Shown: positions 45,611-59,149 of the stretch, one piece after another
Position numbering within the stretch: position 1 is the first letter of the stretch
How the letters are laid out: each line of letters starts with the position of its first letter
From: the human T2T-CHM13v2.0 reference genome, Homo sapiens
DNA length: 64,000 nucleotides
Reading direction: 5' to 3' (one strand)
Assembly (NCBI RefSeq): GCF_009914755.1
Contig: NC_060941.1
Translations under genes and position numbers: made by a program
The notes under the pieces: generated by a model
The model's database searches: none
What the model was told of the DNA's origin: nothing
Seen by the model: the letters and a program-made list of their open reading frames with translations, nothing else

Positions 45611-47879
45611 ACAGAGTCAAAGATTATAACTAGGAAACTATAGACTATGGGTTTGTTAGAAACCATTTGCCCTTATGTAGCAGAAATGGTGTTTTATTTA
45701 GATCTTTTTGGTATTTTCATATTAATCATGTATCAATATGTCATTTGACCTCTACTATCTAAAGGACATGCTGATTTTCCCCAAATGATAAATAAAACAA
45801 TAACAAAAGTAGTTTATTCTCCCTCCTGCTCACAGATAGAATTCCAAAAACACATACTTCTCAGAAGCAAAATGAGGCATTATTCCCTGAAAGAATGAAC
45901 AATTCAGTATCCTACATTTTCCAGAAACAATCTCCCAATCAAAAAAAAAAAAAAGTGACTGACAGCTTAAGGAGAAAGAGAGGTTGAGAGACATATCTCA
46001 AAATTACCCATTACCCAAGTGCGTTAATAGTAATAGTAAGACATCAAATGTATAGTTGGTCTCTTTACCTCCCCAGTTTAGGGAGTTTCAATGATCCCTG
46101 GAGGCACATGAACCTACTGTGCTAAGTAATAGTCTCAAAATTCAGAGACTCCCTTTCACAGCCCATCTTCACTACTGACTCACTGCATTATTTGCTAAAA
46201 CCAAGTTGTTCACTCACTGAGATGGATTAAGAGAAATAACATTCCTAATTTTTAAAGCTGTGAGAAGACAACCATGCTATCTGGGCAAAACAGACAAAAA
46301 ATGCTTTACAGACATAAGCAGTTTAGTTTTGTAACGAAATAAAACTTGCAACAACAAATCATCTGACACATAGCTAATGGTATGCTTCGTCATTATTTGT
46401 CTGTGCTGTAATTTGACCTAAATTGTGAGCAGTTTGTGTAAATCGCTTTATTTCTTAGTGATGACTATCTCTTAACATTTGTATAACACTTTAAAGTTTA
46501 TAATGTACTTTACCATAGATTATCTTATTATCTCACGTGAGAAGGTCTAATGAGCTCAGTAAATGTTAGTGTAATTTAAATCACTCAAAGCCACGTTAGA
46601 AAGGCTAGGTAGATATCACTAATTCCTTCTTTGAATGAGGAAGCTGAGACATACAGCTTCTTTGTGACTGGGCCAAACTAAAGCCAAAGTCATTTGACAT
46701 CTGGTGATGACTGTTCTTTCTTATACCATGTCACCTTTCACATAGTCAGATATAGCAAACAGTGCCTTGTGGAGAGGAAGAATGGGTAAAATTAAATTTA
46801 AAAAGAGCGTTTGAGATGTCCCTCTGTGGTTTAGTTTCCTTTGTATGCTTCAAGTGGTTTATCCTTCAATTCCTTAAGGCAGATCTCTTTTTTTGTGTTG
46901 TTTGAGATTTCAAAGAGAGAGAGAGAAAGAGAGATACAAACATGTACCTCTCAGAAGACTACTGCTAGCTGTTAATAGTAAAAACAGAGCATTTCCTTTT
47001 TGTAGAGTGCTTTGTAAATCTCAGAGCTTTTCTCTTAGGTGAATGGCAAAAGTTCAAAGATCTTTGCTGTCACAGGACACTATTCATTATCTGGTTCTTC
47101 CCCACCTCCCTGGTATCAACCCCCTTGCTCCTCCAGACATACTCTGTCCTAGCTACACAAAACAAAACTTATAGTATGTTCTTGAAAGTATTAAGCTATC
47201 TTATACTTCCATAATCTCACACATACTGTCCTGTTTGCCTTGGCTGCCTCTCCTCTGCTTTATCCAAAGTTTCCAAGGCTTCCATTCTTCTTCTTCATCC
47301 TCAATTATTATAGTACCCTGGAGATGGTTTTAAGAAACACTGTCCCTAGATTCCATCCTAGGCCAGTTGTATCTGACATCTATATTTATAAAAACTTTCC
47401 TATTTGATTCTGGTGCCTGTGAGGGTTGAGTATCATTATTCACATCTCTATCCCACTGATCCTTCAACTCCTCAAGGGGATGGAGTATGTTATTCAATTT
47501 TGTATTCCCAGAACCTAGCACGGAGTCAGACTCATTTATTAGACTTTCTTTGTCTCAGAAACAGGGCTATTTGGACATGCCAAAGGATGCTGGAGTTTCA
47601 CATTCTTCTCTTTTTTTTCAATGCTATTTGTAGTCATTTATTAAAAAATGAGGCAGCTTTATATGAACCCATAGACATGAAACATTCCTTGCCTCTGTTA
47701 TCTGTGTCCACCAGAATGCCATGTTACACATTATCCAAAATTTAGTGTCTTAACACAATAAATATGTATTTATCTTAATCATCTGTAGGTTGATGATTTA
47801 GGCTGTGCAGTTCTCATTTTAGCTGGGCTTGCTTGCATATCAGTGGATCAGCTGGATGTTGGCCAAAGTGATCAGAGGG

Positions 47880-48540
47880 GAATCATTTTCCCTTCTATCA
47901 CCAAATGTGCCATCATACCTGCATTGGTGCCCATACATTGTGCCTTCTCTTGGGTCACAGCAGGTGTGTTGTCCTGGTTCCTGCCTAAAGATCACCGCTC
48001 TATGAGGTTATCTATTTAATGACTTGAATCTGTAATTGTCCCCTCTCTTGCATCATCTATTTACCCTTCTTTGATATCATTCCTTTGAAAACATGCTGCA
48101 TTGTTTTACATCTAAACAAAATACATTCCTTTTAACCCACTGACCCATATCTCTTTCAGCAAAATTTCAGAGTTATCTATACCAACTTTCTTCACTTCCT
48201 CACCTGCCATTCTTTCTTGAACCCCTTATGTCAAGTTGTTGTTCCCACAGATCCACTGATGCTGCTTTTGCCAGTGTCCTCAGTGATTTCCATGTTGCCA
48301 CATCAAATGTTTCCTTCTTTGCCCTCATATTATTCAGCTTCTTGGAAGCAGTTGGCATAGTTGATTACTCCATCCTCCTTGAAATTCTTTCTTCACTTGG
48401 CTTCAGGGAAACCACCCTCCTTGTTTTCCACCTATCTCACTGGTAACTACTACACATCTTTGTGGGCTGAACCTTCTTTATCTTACTGACCCTTAAATGT
48501 TGAAGTGTTCTCAGGCTCAGTCCTCAAATTTCTTCTCTTT
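47880..48540 (-). mobile_element. L2 LINE fragment
   Basis: gcagttggcatagttgattactccatcctccttgaaattctttcttcacttggcttcaggga...aaatgttgaagtgttctcaggctcagtcctc. Confidence 0.8.
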
Positions 48541-48544
48541 TCAA

Positions 48545-51262
48545 TTTTTTCTAGCTTTTATTATAGGTTCAGGGGTAAATGTGCAGATTGGTATATAAGT
48601 AAACTGTGTGTCACAGGGGTTTGGTGTGCCCAGGTAATAAGCATAGTACATAATAGTTAGTTTTCCTGTCTTCTCCCTCCTCCTACCTTCCATGCTCAGG
48701 TAGGTCCTGGTATCTGTTGTTCCTTCTTTGTGTTCATGTGTACTCAATGATTTGCTGCCTCTCATAAGTGAGAACATGCAGTATTTGGTTTTCTGTTCCT
48801 GCGTTAGTTTGCTTAGAATAATGGCCTCTAGCTCCGTGCATATTGTTACAAAGGACATGCTTTCATTCTTTTTTATGGCTGTGTAATATTCCATAGTATA
48901 TACATACCACATTTTCTTTATCCAGTCTACTGTTGATGGGCATGTAGATTGATTCCATGTCTTTGCTACTGGGAATAGTATGGCCATGGACACACACGTG
49001 CATGCATCCTTATGGTAGAAGGATTTATATTATTTTGAGTGCATACCTGATAATGGGATTGTTTGGTTGAATGGTAATTCTGCTTTGGATTCTTTGAGAA
49101 ATCACCCCAGTGCTTTCCACAACAGATGAACTAATTTACATTCCCACCAGAAGCGTATAAGCATTCTCTTTTGTCTGTAATCATGGCAGCATCTGTTATT
49201 TTTTGACTTTTTAATAATGCCCATTCTGACTGGTGAAATGGTATTTCAATGTGGGTTTGAATTTCATGTCTCTAATGATTACTGATGTTGAACATTCTTT
49301 CACATGCTTGTTGCCACATGTATGTCTTCTTTTAAAAAGTGTCTGTTAATGTCCTTTGCCCACTTTTTAATGGTTTGGGTTTTTTTTTTTTTGGTGTTAA
49401 TTTGATTACACTCCTTATAAATTCTGCATATTAGACCTTTTTCAGATGCATAGTTTGCAAATATTTTCTCCCATTCTGTAGGTTGTCTGTTTATTCTGTT
49501 GTCAGTTTGTTTTGCTGTGCAGAAGCTATTTAGTTTAACTAGGTCTTATTTGTCAATTTTTGTGTTGTAATTGCTTTTGGTGTCTTTGTCATAAAATCTT
49601 TTCCAGGTCCTACCTTCAGAATGGTATTTCCTAGGTTATCTTCCAGAGTCTTTATATTTTTAGCCTTTATATTTAAGTCTTTAATCCATCTGAAGTTGAT
49701 TTTTGTATATGGTATAAGGAAGGGGTCCAGTCTCCATCTTCTGCACATGGTTAGTCAGTCATTCCAGCACCATTTATTGAATAACAATTCCATTCACCAT
49801 TGCTTGTTTTTTCCAACTTTATTGAAGATCAGATGGTTGTAAGTGTGTGACATTATTGAAACAGGAATAAATTGAATCCCTGAGCAGACCATTAAGAGCT
49901 GTAAAATTGAATCAGTAATAAAAAGCCTACCTGCACACCTTGCACATGTACTTCAGAACTAAAATATACAATACAATGCAATACAATGCCTACCAAACAG
50001 AAAAATCCCAGGACCAGATAGATTCACAGCTGAATTCTACCAGATATATAAATAAGAACTGGTATTATTCCTTCTGAAACTATTCCAAAAAAGCTAAGAA
50101 GGAGAGATTCATTCCTAACTCATTCAATGAGGCCAGCATCATCCTGATACCAAAACCTGATAGAAACAAAACAACAACAACAACAAAAATCTTCAGGCCA
50201 ATTGTTGATGAGCATCAGTGCAAAAATCCTCAACAAATACTAGCAAACAAAATCCAGCAGCACATAAAAAAGACAATTCACCACAATCAAGTAGGCTTTA
50301 TCCCTAGGATGCAAGTTTGGTTCAACATATGCAAATCAATAAATGTGATTCATCACATAAACAGAACTAAAAAGAAAACCTACACGATCATCTTGATAGA
50401 TGCAGAAAAGGCTTTCGATAAAATTCAACATTCCTTCATGCTAAAAACCCTCAACAAACTAGGCACTGAAAGAACATTCTTCAAAATAAGAGACATCTAT
50501 GACAAACCCATAGACAACATCATACTGAATGGGCAAAAGCTGGAAGTATTATTTTTGAAAACTGGAACAGGACAAGGATGCCCCCTGTCACCACTCCTAT
50601 TCAACATAGTACTGGAAGTCCTAGTCAGAGCAATCAGGCAAGAGAAAGAAATAAAAGGTGTCTAAATAGGAAGAAAGGAAGTCAAACTCTCTTTGTTTAT
50701 AGAAAACATGATTCTATACCTAGAAAACCCTGTAGTCTCTGCCCCAAGGCTCTTAGATCTGATAAACATCTTCAGCAAAATTTCAGGATACAAAATCAAT
50801 GTATGAAAATCAGTAGCATTTCTATACACCAATGACATCCAAGCTGAGGGCCAAATCAAGAATGTAATTGCATTTACAATAGTCACAAAAAGAAAAAAGA
50901 TAGCTAAGAATATAGCTAATCTGGGATGGGAAAGATCTCTACAACTAGAATTAAAAAACACTGCTCAAAGAAATCTGAGATAACACAAATGAAAGGAATT
51001 CTATGCTCATGGATAGGAAGAATCAATATTGTTAAAATGGCCATACTGCCCAAAGCAACCTACAAATTCAATTCTACGACTATCAAACAATGACAGTCTT
51101 CACAGAATTAGAAAAAAATAAAATTCATATGGAACTAAAAAAAAGCCCAGATAGCCAAGGCAATCCCAAGCAAAAAGAACAATACTGGAGACATATGTTA
51201 CCTGACTTTAAACTACACTACAAGAGTATAGTAACCAGAACAGCATGGCTCTGCTACAAAAA
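48545..51262 (-). mobile_element. Older L1PA (PA13-15-like) with 5' inversion (48545-49857 minus, ~49857-51262 plus)
   Basis: 3'UTR/C-terminus on minus (ORFs 48993-48541, 49748-49539); RT segment on plus ([10 protein letters not shown] in ORF 50309-50665); the two pieces cover adjacent, non-overlapping ORF2 parts. Confidence 0.85.
49929..49987 (+). mobile_element. Ultra-short L1 3' tip nested in L1 ORF2
   Basis: acctgcacaccttgcacatgtacttcagaactaaaatat plus an (ATACA)n-like tail; flanking repeat gcctacc at 49925-49931 and 49988-49994. Confidence 0.8.
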
Positions 51263-52639
51263 TCACACTCTTTTAAACCAAGACTCCTCAGTACTACTGG
51301 ATCTTCATGTAGAGCTATAATATGTGTCAGTGCTCCACATCGTTCAATGTTGGATGATATTTTCTGTTTCACCTATGCTGATCTGATTCGCTTCAGTCTC
51401 TTATTCAGGTTTTCTAAAATGTAGTATTTCCATTTTGGTCTGCCCTCTGTCTAGGCCACATCACCCTTCTACACAACTGCTATCTGTAACTGATGATGGC
51501 TCCATTTTTCACTTAGCCTGAACATAGCCTCAGAATTCTTCTCAACCCAGAAATCCAAGAAGCCATTTCAAGTAAGTTAGAGTAGGTATATGAATCAAAA
51601 TCTATTTGTGATCCCTGACCTGAATCCTTGAATTGATGACATAAATTTGTGTTTGGCTCTTTTGGCTGGTCAATTTCCTCGGCTATAGAACTTCCAATAT
51701 TACCCGGCTTTCACACTACATTTATATAAATGAAACACAACTACCTGGTTCCCCATTTCAAGCCTTGGTTCAGCTTTCAACAAGGAAAAGGAAATGAGTG
51801 TTGATTGCATTTCATGAGGGCATCCTATACTCCAATGCCACATTTGAAGCTTATAGAAATAGGCTTGAGTAGGAAATGAAATCCAATTATATGTATTCTC
51901 ATTTCACTGATATTCACAGGTATCATTGTCCTGTTCAGATTAAGGCACTATGGTCGGGTGACTATCTCAGGCCTATACCTAGATATCTTTGGGCTATGAA
52001 AACGGTTGGGCTTGATCTTACAGTTCAGCATCACCATAATGCAAAGAGGCCCTGTGTAGATGGCTGACTCAAAGGCATGCAAGACAAGTAAAGCAGAACT
52101 ATATTCAAACTGTGGCTTGGAGGTGAGCCCAGTGACACCCATTACCTTCTAATTTTTAATATGCTATTGTAGTAATGTGAATTTGGGTAAGCGAACTCAG
52201 ATCTTTGTACCCCTTGTTCCCAGTTTGTAGAATGAAGCTATTGAGCCAGAGGATTCTAAAGTCCATTCTGGCCCCAAAACTGATTGTGAAACATTTGTGG
52301 AATGACAAGAAGGCAGAGACTAATGTTTCTGTCATATAAGTGAGTGATCTGGGGCTTTTTGATTTCAAAGATATTGACAAGAATTATTCAGCTAATAAGT
52401 GGTGAGGTCAGGATTAAACCGAGAACTTCTGACCAGAATACCACAAAATGTTTTACCAGACCACATGGATTCTAGTTAAATTTTAGTTTTCAGGTTAGAA
52501 AAGAAAGGTGAGTAAATTTATCAATCTTAGAAAATCTGGAGAATAATGTAGTAGGAGAATTGATTGAAAGTTCATTTTAAAATCCCTGAAAAGCTTTAGG
52601 GCAACCTGGAAGAGGGCCAAGTTCAGTGGTGACTTCAAA

Positions 52640-54750
52640 CACAATATACTACTTTTGCCCGTTTTTAACATTTATATAAATAGAATATAGTTTATTTAAC
52701 TTAATGTTACATTTATGAGTTTCAACTATGTTGTTTTTTGTTGCAAATTTCATTCTCATTTTGTATAAATCCTATTGTATAAATATAATTAATTGCTTTG
52801 TGGATGACATATATTTGTCTTTCTTTCAATTATTTGGCTTTTAATAATGGTGCTGAGATATACATTTTTATGCATGTATTTTGGTTAATTCATACATTTC
52901 TGTTGAATATAGTCCTAGATTTTTGTTGAGCTTTTAGTGCATTCTGACATATCCAATTTTTCAGAGTCATTCTAAATATTGACATAACTACTCCAGTTTC
53001 AGTTAAACCACATCCTTGCTGACATGTAGTATTGTTAGACTATTTAATTCTTAATTTTAAAACACTACAAATAAGCTTTATTTTCATATTCTAGGAAATG
53101 AAGATGCTCTAGCATATTTTATTTAGAAGCTGTATTATTTTAACTGTCTCATTTTTCTCTCCAGTCGATCTGGAGGAGTAAGGGTAAATATTTATTTGAT
53201 GCACATACAATTGACCCATCTTTGTATTGAAGAGACTATCATATTGCCACAGTGCTGCACTGTTATTTTTGTCATATATTGGTACACTTTTATAGGCCTA
53301 TTTCTGGACTCTCTCTTTTGCTACATGATATGTTTTGGCGTGTCCCCACCCAAAACTCAACTTGTATTGTAACTCCCACAATTCCTGTGTGTCGTGGGAG
53401 GAACCTGGTGGGAAGTAATTGAATCATGAGGTCAGGTCTTTCCCATCCTGTTCTCATGCTAGTGGATAAGTCTCACGAGATCTGATGGTTTCAAAAATGG
53501 AAGTCTCCCTGCACAAGCTCTCTTTTTTTGCCTGCTGCCATCCATGTAAGACATGACTTGCCCCTTCTTGCCTTCTGCTATGATTGTGAGGCTTTCACAG
53601 CCACATGGAACTGTAAGTCTAATTAAACCTCTTTTTTTGGTAAACTGCCCAGTCTCAGGTATGTCTTTATCAGAAGTGTGAAAATGGACTAATACGCTAC
53701 ATTTGTCTGTTTGCCTTTGTACTATCTGAAATACTGTAGCATTATGAAAATTCAATATCCAATAGAGTAAGTCCTCCAGTTTTAGTCCTTTCTATGTTTG
53801 CATATATCTTATTATCCACTTATTTATTTCCACCATAAAAACTGAGTTTGGGATTGCATTAAATATATAAATCTATGAAGTAAAAATTAAAATCTTTACA
53901 AGAGTTATAATTGAAGAGCATGGCAAATCACAATTAAGTTAGGTCTTCTTTAATTTCTCTTAATCATGCATGTTTTTAGTGTTCTACATAAGTCTTGCAC
54001 ATAATTCACAGATTTATTCCTAGATTTTTGATACTATTATACATATAATAATATGTATCTTTAAAATACTCATGTTCTATATTTGTTGTTAGTATTTAAA
54101 AATACAGTTGATTTTTAAAAATATTGCCCTTTTGTCCAAACACCTCATCAAATGTACTTTTATTTGTAATAGTTTTACTCTGTACATTCTTTTGAATTTT
54201 CTATGTATATAATAATATCATCTGTGAATAGGACAGTTTTATTTCATCAGGTCCTTTTAAATAATATTTACTAGAAGTGAATGTAAACAAGCATTTTATC
54301 TCCTCACAATTTCAGAAGGAAAGTGATCTTTATTTCACCATTCAGAATGAAGTTTGTTTTTTTTATATTTTGTTAATAACATGCTTCTATTCTCAGTTTT
54401 AGAGAGTGCATCATGAATGATTGTTGGTTTTATTAAATGACTTTTTCTGTGTCTATTGAGATTATTATATGTTTTTCTTCCTTAGTTGTTCATATGGTGA
54501 GTTGCTTGATTTTGAATCTTAAAAAGCAATAAAGTTAACTTAGTCATAGTATATTACTTCTCCTATGTTATGATATCACTGTATTTGATTTTTCTCTTCT
54601 TCCTCCCTTCTGTCTTCTTTCCTTTTCTCTTCCTTCTTTCAGAAGTTTGGCACATAATTTCATTAGAGAAGAAGTCTATACTTTTCATTTAACGTCCTTA
54701 TCTTTTGTTATCAGGATTAGGCAGACTTCATAAGAAAAGTTGGTGTGTGA
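52640..54750 (-). mobile_element. Highly degenerate L1ME-like remnant
   Basis: Antisense ORF2 motifs ttgggattgcattaaatatataaat, agatttattcctaga, atatcatctgtgaataggacagttttatttc, tctattgagattattatatg. Confidence 0.7.
53326..53696 (+). mobile_element. THE1 (B/C-like) solo LTR, 5-bp TSD
   Basis: tgatatgttttggcgtgtccccacccaaa...gtctcacgagatctgatgg...ggactaatac; TSD ctaca at 53321-53325 and 53697-53701. Confidence 0.93.
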
Positions 54751-54919
54751 AAATATCAATGTATTTTTTAAGATACATTGAATCATAAGGCATATTCAAT
54801 GTGTAAAAGTATTACAATATATTAATAAAAGCAGAGGTATTTTAAAGAACATTAGAGGCATACTTTTTAAAGGGTCATGGCATTTGCTCAGGGAGTATAC
54901 AATGAAGTTAGTCTGTAAT

Positions 54920-55358
54920 CTGAGAAGGGCTACCTGGAATCCAGGTATGTTCAGCATGGAGGCTCCATCTTCCCTTTTCTTTGTCACCATGTGTACAGTA
55001 AAGAAACAGGCAACATGGCACTGGCCAGGTAGAGAACCCATCTGCATAATCAAATGTTAGGGTGCGGTGGCCAAATTCTTTGGATGCTATGCAAATGGCA
55101 CACCTGGTTAGACCAATCTTTTGTGCCCTAGGTAAATCTGATATCACCCCCTCAAGCTCATCTACAAAACCTTCTGCATTTCACTGTGGAAGCAGTGACC
55201 CGTTTTCTCCAGGACCCTTCTCTGCTCAGAGAGCTCTTTCTTTCTTTCTCCTATTAAACTTCTGCTCTTAACCTCCCTCTGGTGTGTCTGTGTCCTAGTT
55301 TTCCATGGCTGTGAGACAATGAACCTCGCGTATTACCCCAGACAGTGACGCCGCTTCA
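54920..55358 (+). mobile_element. ERV1/MER4-group LTR 3' part (MER50-like)
   Basis: tatgcaaatggcacacctgg, CCAAT, cctattaaacttctgctc poly(A) signal, terminus ccccagacagtgacgccgcttca. Confidence 0.65.
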
Positions 55359-55617
55359 ATAGTGAGTAAGTTCTTGTGAGATCTGGTTGTTTAAAAGTGT
55401 ATAGCATCCCCTCTCTCACTCTCTTGCTCCTGCCATGGGAGATGCTCGCTCCCCCTTTGCCTTCTGCCATGATTGGAAGCTTCCCGAGGTTCTCCTCAGA
55501 AACAGAAGCAGCTGTGCTTCCTTTACAGCCTGCAGAACTGTGAGTCAATTAAACTTTTCTTTATAAATTACCCAGTCTCAGGTAGTTCTTTATAGCAATG
55601 TGAGAACAGACTAAAAA
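55359..55617 (+). mobile_element. MSTB-like LTR, 3' portion only
   Basis: atagtgagtaagttcttgtgagatctggttgtttaaaag...ataaattacccagtctcaggtagttctttatagcaatgtgagaacagactaa. Confidence 0.85.
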
Positions 55618-55624
55618 AAGCAAC

Positions 55625-57600
55625 CGGCTATTGTTTTCAAGGGGTGTTGCCATATTGAGTGCACAGTGTCATTCTGTACTGTAGGCAGTTGGGGCTTGAA
55701 CAGCAGCTGTGACATTGTTGGAAAAGAGGTGACGCTCTTGGTCCTGTGCATACCATTCATCCTCATGTTAAGTTGGCTCATGAGGCCATTATGTGAGCCC
55801 TGAGGTGGTTAAGATGAAAGACTGGCTGATACCCATGGGACATGTCATCATGTCCAACTGGCTGTTGAGAAATTCCTGAGTTCGTTTAGGTGATTAATAT
55901 GAAACACAAAATTTTGCATGCTGTGTGCCTACTCCAAAATTCTCACTCACATACTTCTTCTAAAGGCTTTCTCATCCTTCATTTTTCAGTATTATTACTC
56001 CTGGAACACTAGTAGGCTAGTTGCCTTTTCCCAAAAGTCATTGCACATTCTAACCTCAGACCAAGCTCCCTCCAAATGAAGTGGGTAGTCAACTGTGTTG
56101 CTCATACCCCTGACTACAAGAAGGATTTCCCAATGCTACAATCCTCACTAAATGGGGCTGTATTGTAGAAGATGTCAATTCCCAGTAATTGATAAGCATT
56201 ACTTCAATACATTTTTGAATGATGCCCAAGTCAGCATGCATCAGCTGGCCATAGGGAATCCCCATTCTATGGTGCAATTGGTGTGCTTTAAGCAAGAAGT
56301 ACCAGTGCATCAGAGGTAGATGCCATAGACTGCCTATTTCTGTAATTTAATTATATCATCAGTATATACTCAAGCCTGATCCTGAATGTATGACTTCTCT
56401 TACATAATGTATTTTTGCTGTGCCCACAAATATTATCTGATAAAATGGATCAGATAATGGCTTCTCAGGCCATGTATTCATTTGGCATTCCATATTCAAA
56501 TACTCAGTCTCAGTTAGATTCAAGTAGCATGCCAAGGTTATTTTTTCAAACCAAAAGTAATCTCGTGATGTGGAGGGCATAATTTTACTCCAGAAACCAA
56601 GAGATCTGTACTCTATTATCGTCTATTGGGGTTTGACAAGATAAGGATCCTTACGTGTCACTCTAGCACAGTATTTCTCAACTGGGGGCTATTTTATCTC
56701 CCAGGAGGAAGTTGTAGCTATCTGGAGATGTTTTTGGTTGTCATAATTTGAACAGGGATTGCTACTGGCATCCAGTGGGTAGAAACCAGAGAAGCTGCTA
56801 AACATCCTACCATACACTGGATACTTCTTTCTCCACAACAACAAAAAATAATCAAGCTCAAAATGTGAATAGTACTGAGGTTGAGAAACTGGTCTAGCAC
56901 TATTGAATCTAATGCGTTCTATGATTTGAGGTTGGACAGATTATACTGTATCCTAGACATGCTGCAAATATTTCCTTTGTTCTTGACCACACTTGAAACT
57001 TGAAGGATTCTTCATTCAATACATGGATTGGAGCAGTTTTCTAAGTATGATGAATGCGGTCTCCAAAATCCCCTGTCCTCCTTCAAAAAGCTCATAACAT
57101 GCTGTGAGAGATGTGAAGTGTAACAGTTGCATTGACCTCAGAGGGAATATCTCTGTATCTTCTGGACCATATATGACGCTTGAAAACTTTACCACATTCA
57201 TTCTCTACTGATTGGGTTAAATTCTCATTCTGTGAAGAACTTCAAGATGATTAAGGTTCCCATAGAACTACTTTATGACAAAGAGAAGAAAATTACACTG
57301 CCTTGGGCCAAGAGAGTAAAAGGCAGTAGAAGTGTATTGTTGTCTTTATTGTGTAATGGTGAACAATTTTTGAGTCTTCCTGATGATGGTGAACAAGAAA
57401 AACCATCATTTACAAAGTCACTATAAATTATGCAACATAAATTGTGTTAATCTATTACAGTAAAGACTAGGCCACATTTTGAACAGCATCTGAAATTGGA
57501 ACCAACACTTGGTTATGTTTATAGTATTTCACTATCATTTGCTACAACTCATCTGCTTTTTTGCAGAGACTAGAGAGATGAATTGAATATGGGTATAGTA
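55625..57600 (-). mobile_element. Degenerate ERVL (class III) pol remnant (RT-RNase H region)
   Basis: Minus-strand translations MIVKYYKHNQVLVPISDAVQNVA (~57480-57540) and FEKITLACYLNLTETEYLNMECQMNTWPE (ORF 56580-56359) resemble ERVL pol RMTVDYRKLNQVVTPIAAAVPDV and FEKQLLACYWALVETERLTMGHQVTMRPE. Confidence 0.8.
56669..56891. mobile_element. MER20 hAT MITE, 8-bp TSD, inserted in ERVL pol
   Basis: TIRs cagtatttctcaac / gttgagaaactg; core gctactggcatccagtgggtagaaaccagagaagctgctaaacatcctac; TSD ctctagca (56661-56668) / gtctagca (56892-56899). Confidence 0.9.
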
Positions 57601-57891
57601 AGTCTCTTGTATTTGTTAAATTTTAGTGATCCTAATCTTCAGTTTTTCCTGAATTGCTCTGTTTCCTTTATTTTCTTGGCACAGGAGAAATAGGGCATGT
57701 TGAGGGCTTTCCACTTGACTCTTTTATGATGGCCCTTACTCCACAAATCAGAAAAGCGACATAAGTTCCTGCCAGGTGTTACGTATATCAATCCTAATTT
57801 TACATGTAAGAAACCTGAAGATAACTACAAGGTGGGTTCACATGAATTGGACATAATATGAGAGATTGGGTTCAAAATTCCATGCTACATG

Positions 57892-58066
57892 CAGGGTCAA
57901 GAATTAGGTGAGGCAAGCAAAACACTTAGGGAACAAAATCTGAGGAGAAAATTATTCTCAGGGCTGTGCAAGTACAAACCCTGCACTTGCATAACAATGA
58001 GAGTGAGTGCTTTCTTAACATTTGTTTCCTATGCATCTCATTCACCTTACCCTGGTCTCAGTCCTA
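57892..58066. mobile_element. MER91A-like palindromic hAT-Tip100 MITE
   Basis: Whole-element imperfect palindrome: ggtgaggc...ttctcagggctgtgcaagt / cacttgcataacaatgagag...ccttaccc. Confidence 0.8.
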
Positions 58067-59149
58067 ATCACCTGACCTTTCTAAGTCCCACTGTAAACCT
58101 AGGAGGTTATATCTCACAGTATCTCATAGTTTAAAACATCTCTAATGCACAATCACCTGGGAAACTGAAGAATTTGAGAAAAGGAATACTTATTGCATAT
58201 ACTTATGGTCCTTTTCAAAAGCAACCATCCTCCACTTTGATCAATGGGTTCTGGCTTCATGAACTGACTTCAATCTAAAATCAAGAAACCCTACATTTTT
58301 TGTATTGTCACAGCTGATCTAAGTCTTTTGCTTCCGCTTCCTCTTCCTCTCCCTCTGCCTCTCCCTATACATAGTGATTAGTACCCTCCTTGGCTGCCCC
58401 TAGATCTCGGTTCTATAAGCACCATAAATTAGGTATTTTCTGCAGTTTCAGGATATGAGTCTTCTTTAAATCTGACATAGAGACTCTAGCTTTGAAAGCA
58501 TGCCTTAAATTGCAATTGACTGCTAGAATCTACATTCTCCAGTTTCGTTCTCCTGTTCTATACTGCTGTAAAAATAAGACGTCTTCCTCCTAAATTCTTA
58601 TAATTGTCATTGCCCTTATACTGACTAAATATCTTAGCTACTTGATCCCCCAATGCCTGCTGTCCCAGACTAATTTAGGATCAAGAAGTAAAATAGTCAT
58701 CATGGGGATATATATTGACAAGTTTATCTGAATTAAAAATTAAGTAATTAAAAAAGTTAAAAGTAGATACATAATGACATTCTTTCTCACATAAAATATG
58801 TCTTATTTGCCTAATTGCTTTTGCTAATTAATTTATATGCAGGCATTTCCCATGAACCAAATGTTCAGCTCCAACATTTTCCAAAATATATTTCAAGCAC
58901 AAGAAAACATAAAAGCTCTTAATCCAAAATGTAATATTTTAAAAATGCATTAAAATTAACATTATTTTATTTTTTCCCAATAATCTAAGTCTATCAAATT
59001 AAGCCAGATGTCTTTAAATTAAAAGTTTCCAGAAAAAACATAATAGACATGTATTAGTCTCGGTATATTTTTTTGATACACATCTCAGATGTGTATTGTT
59101 GTTGTATTGTGTTGTGGTTCTTTGTTTCTTATAAAATTCAAGTAGGACC

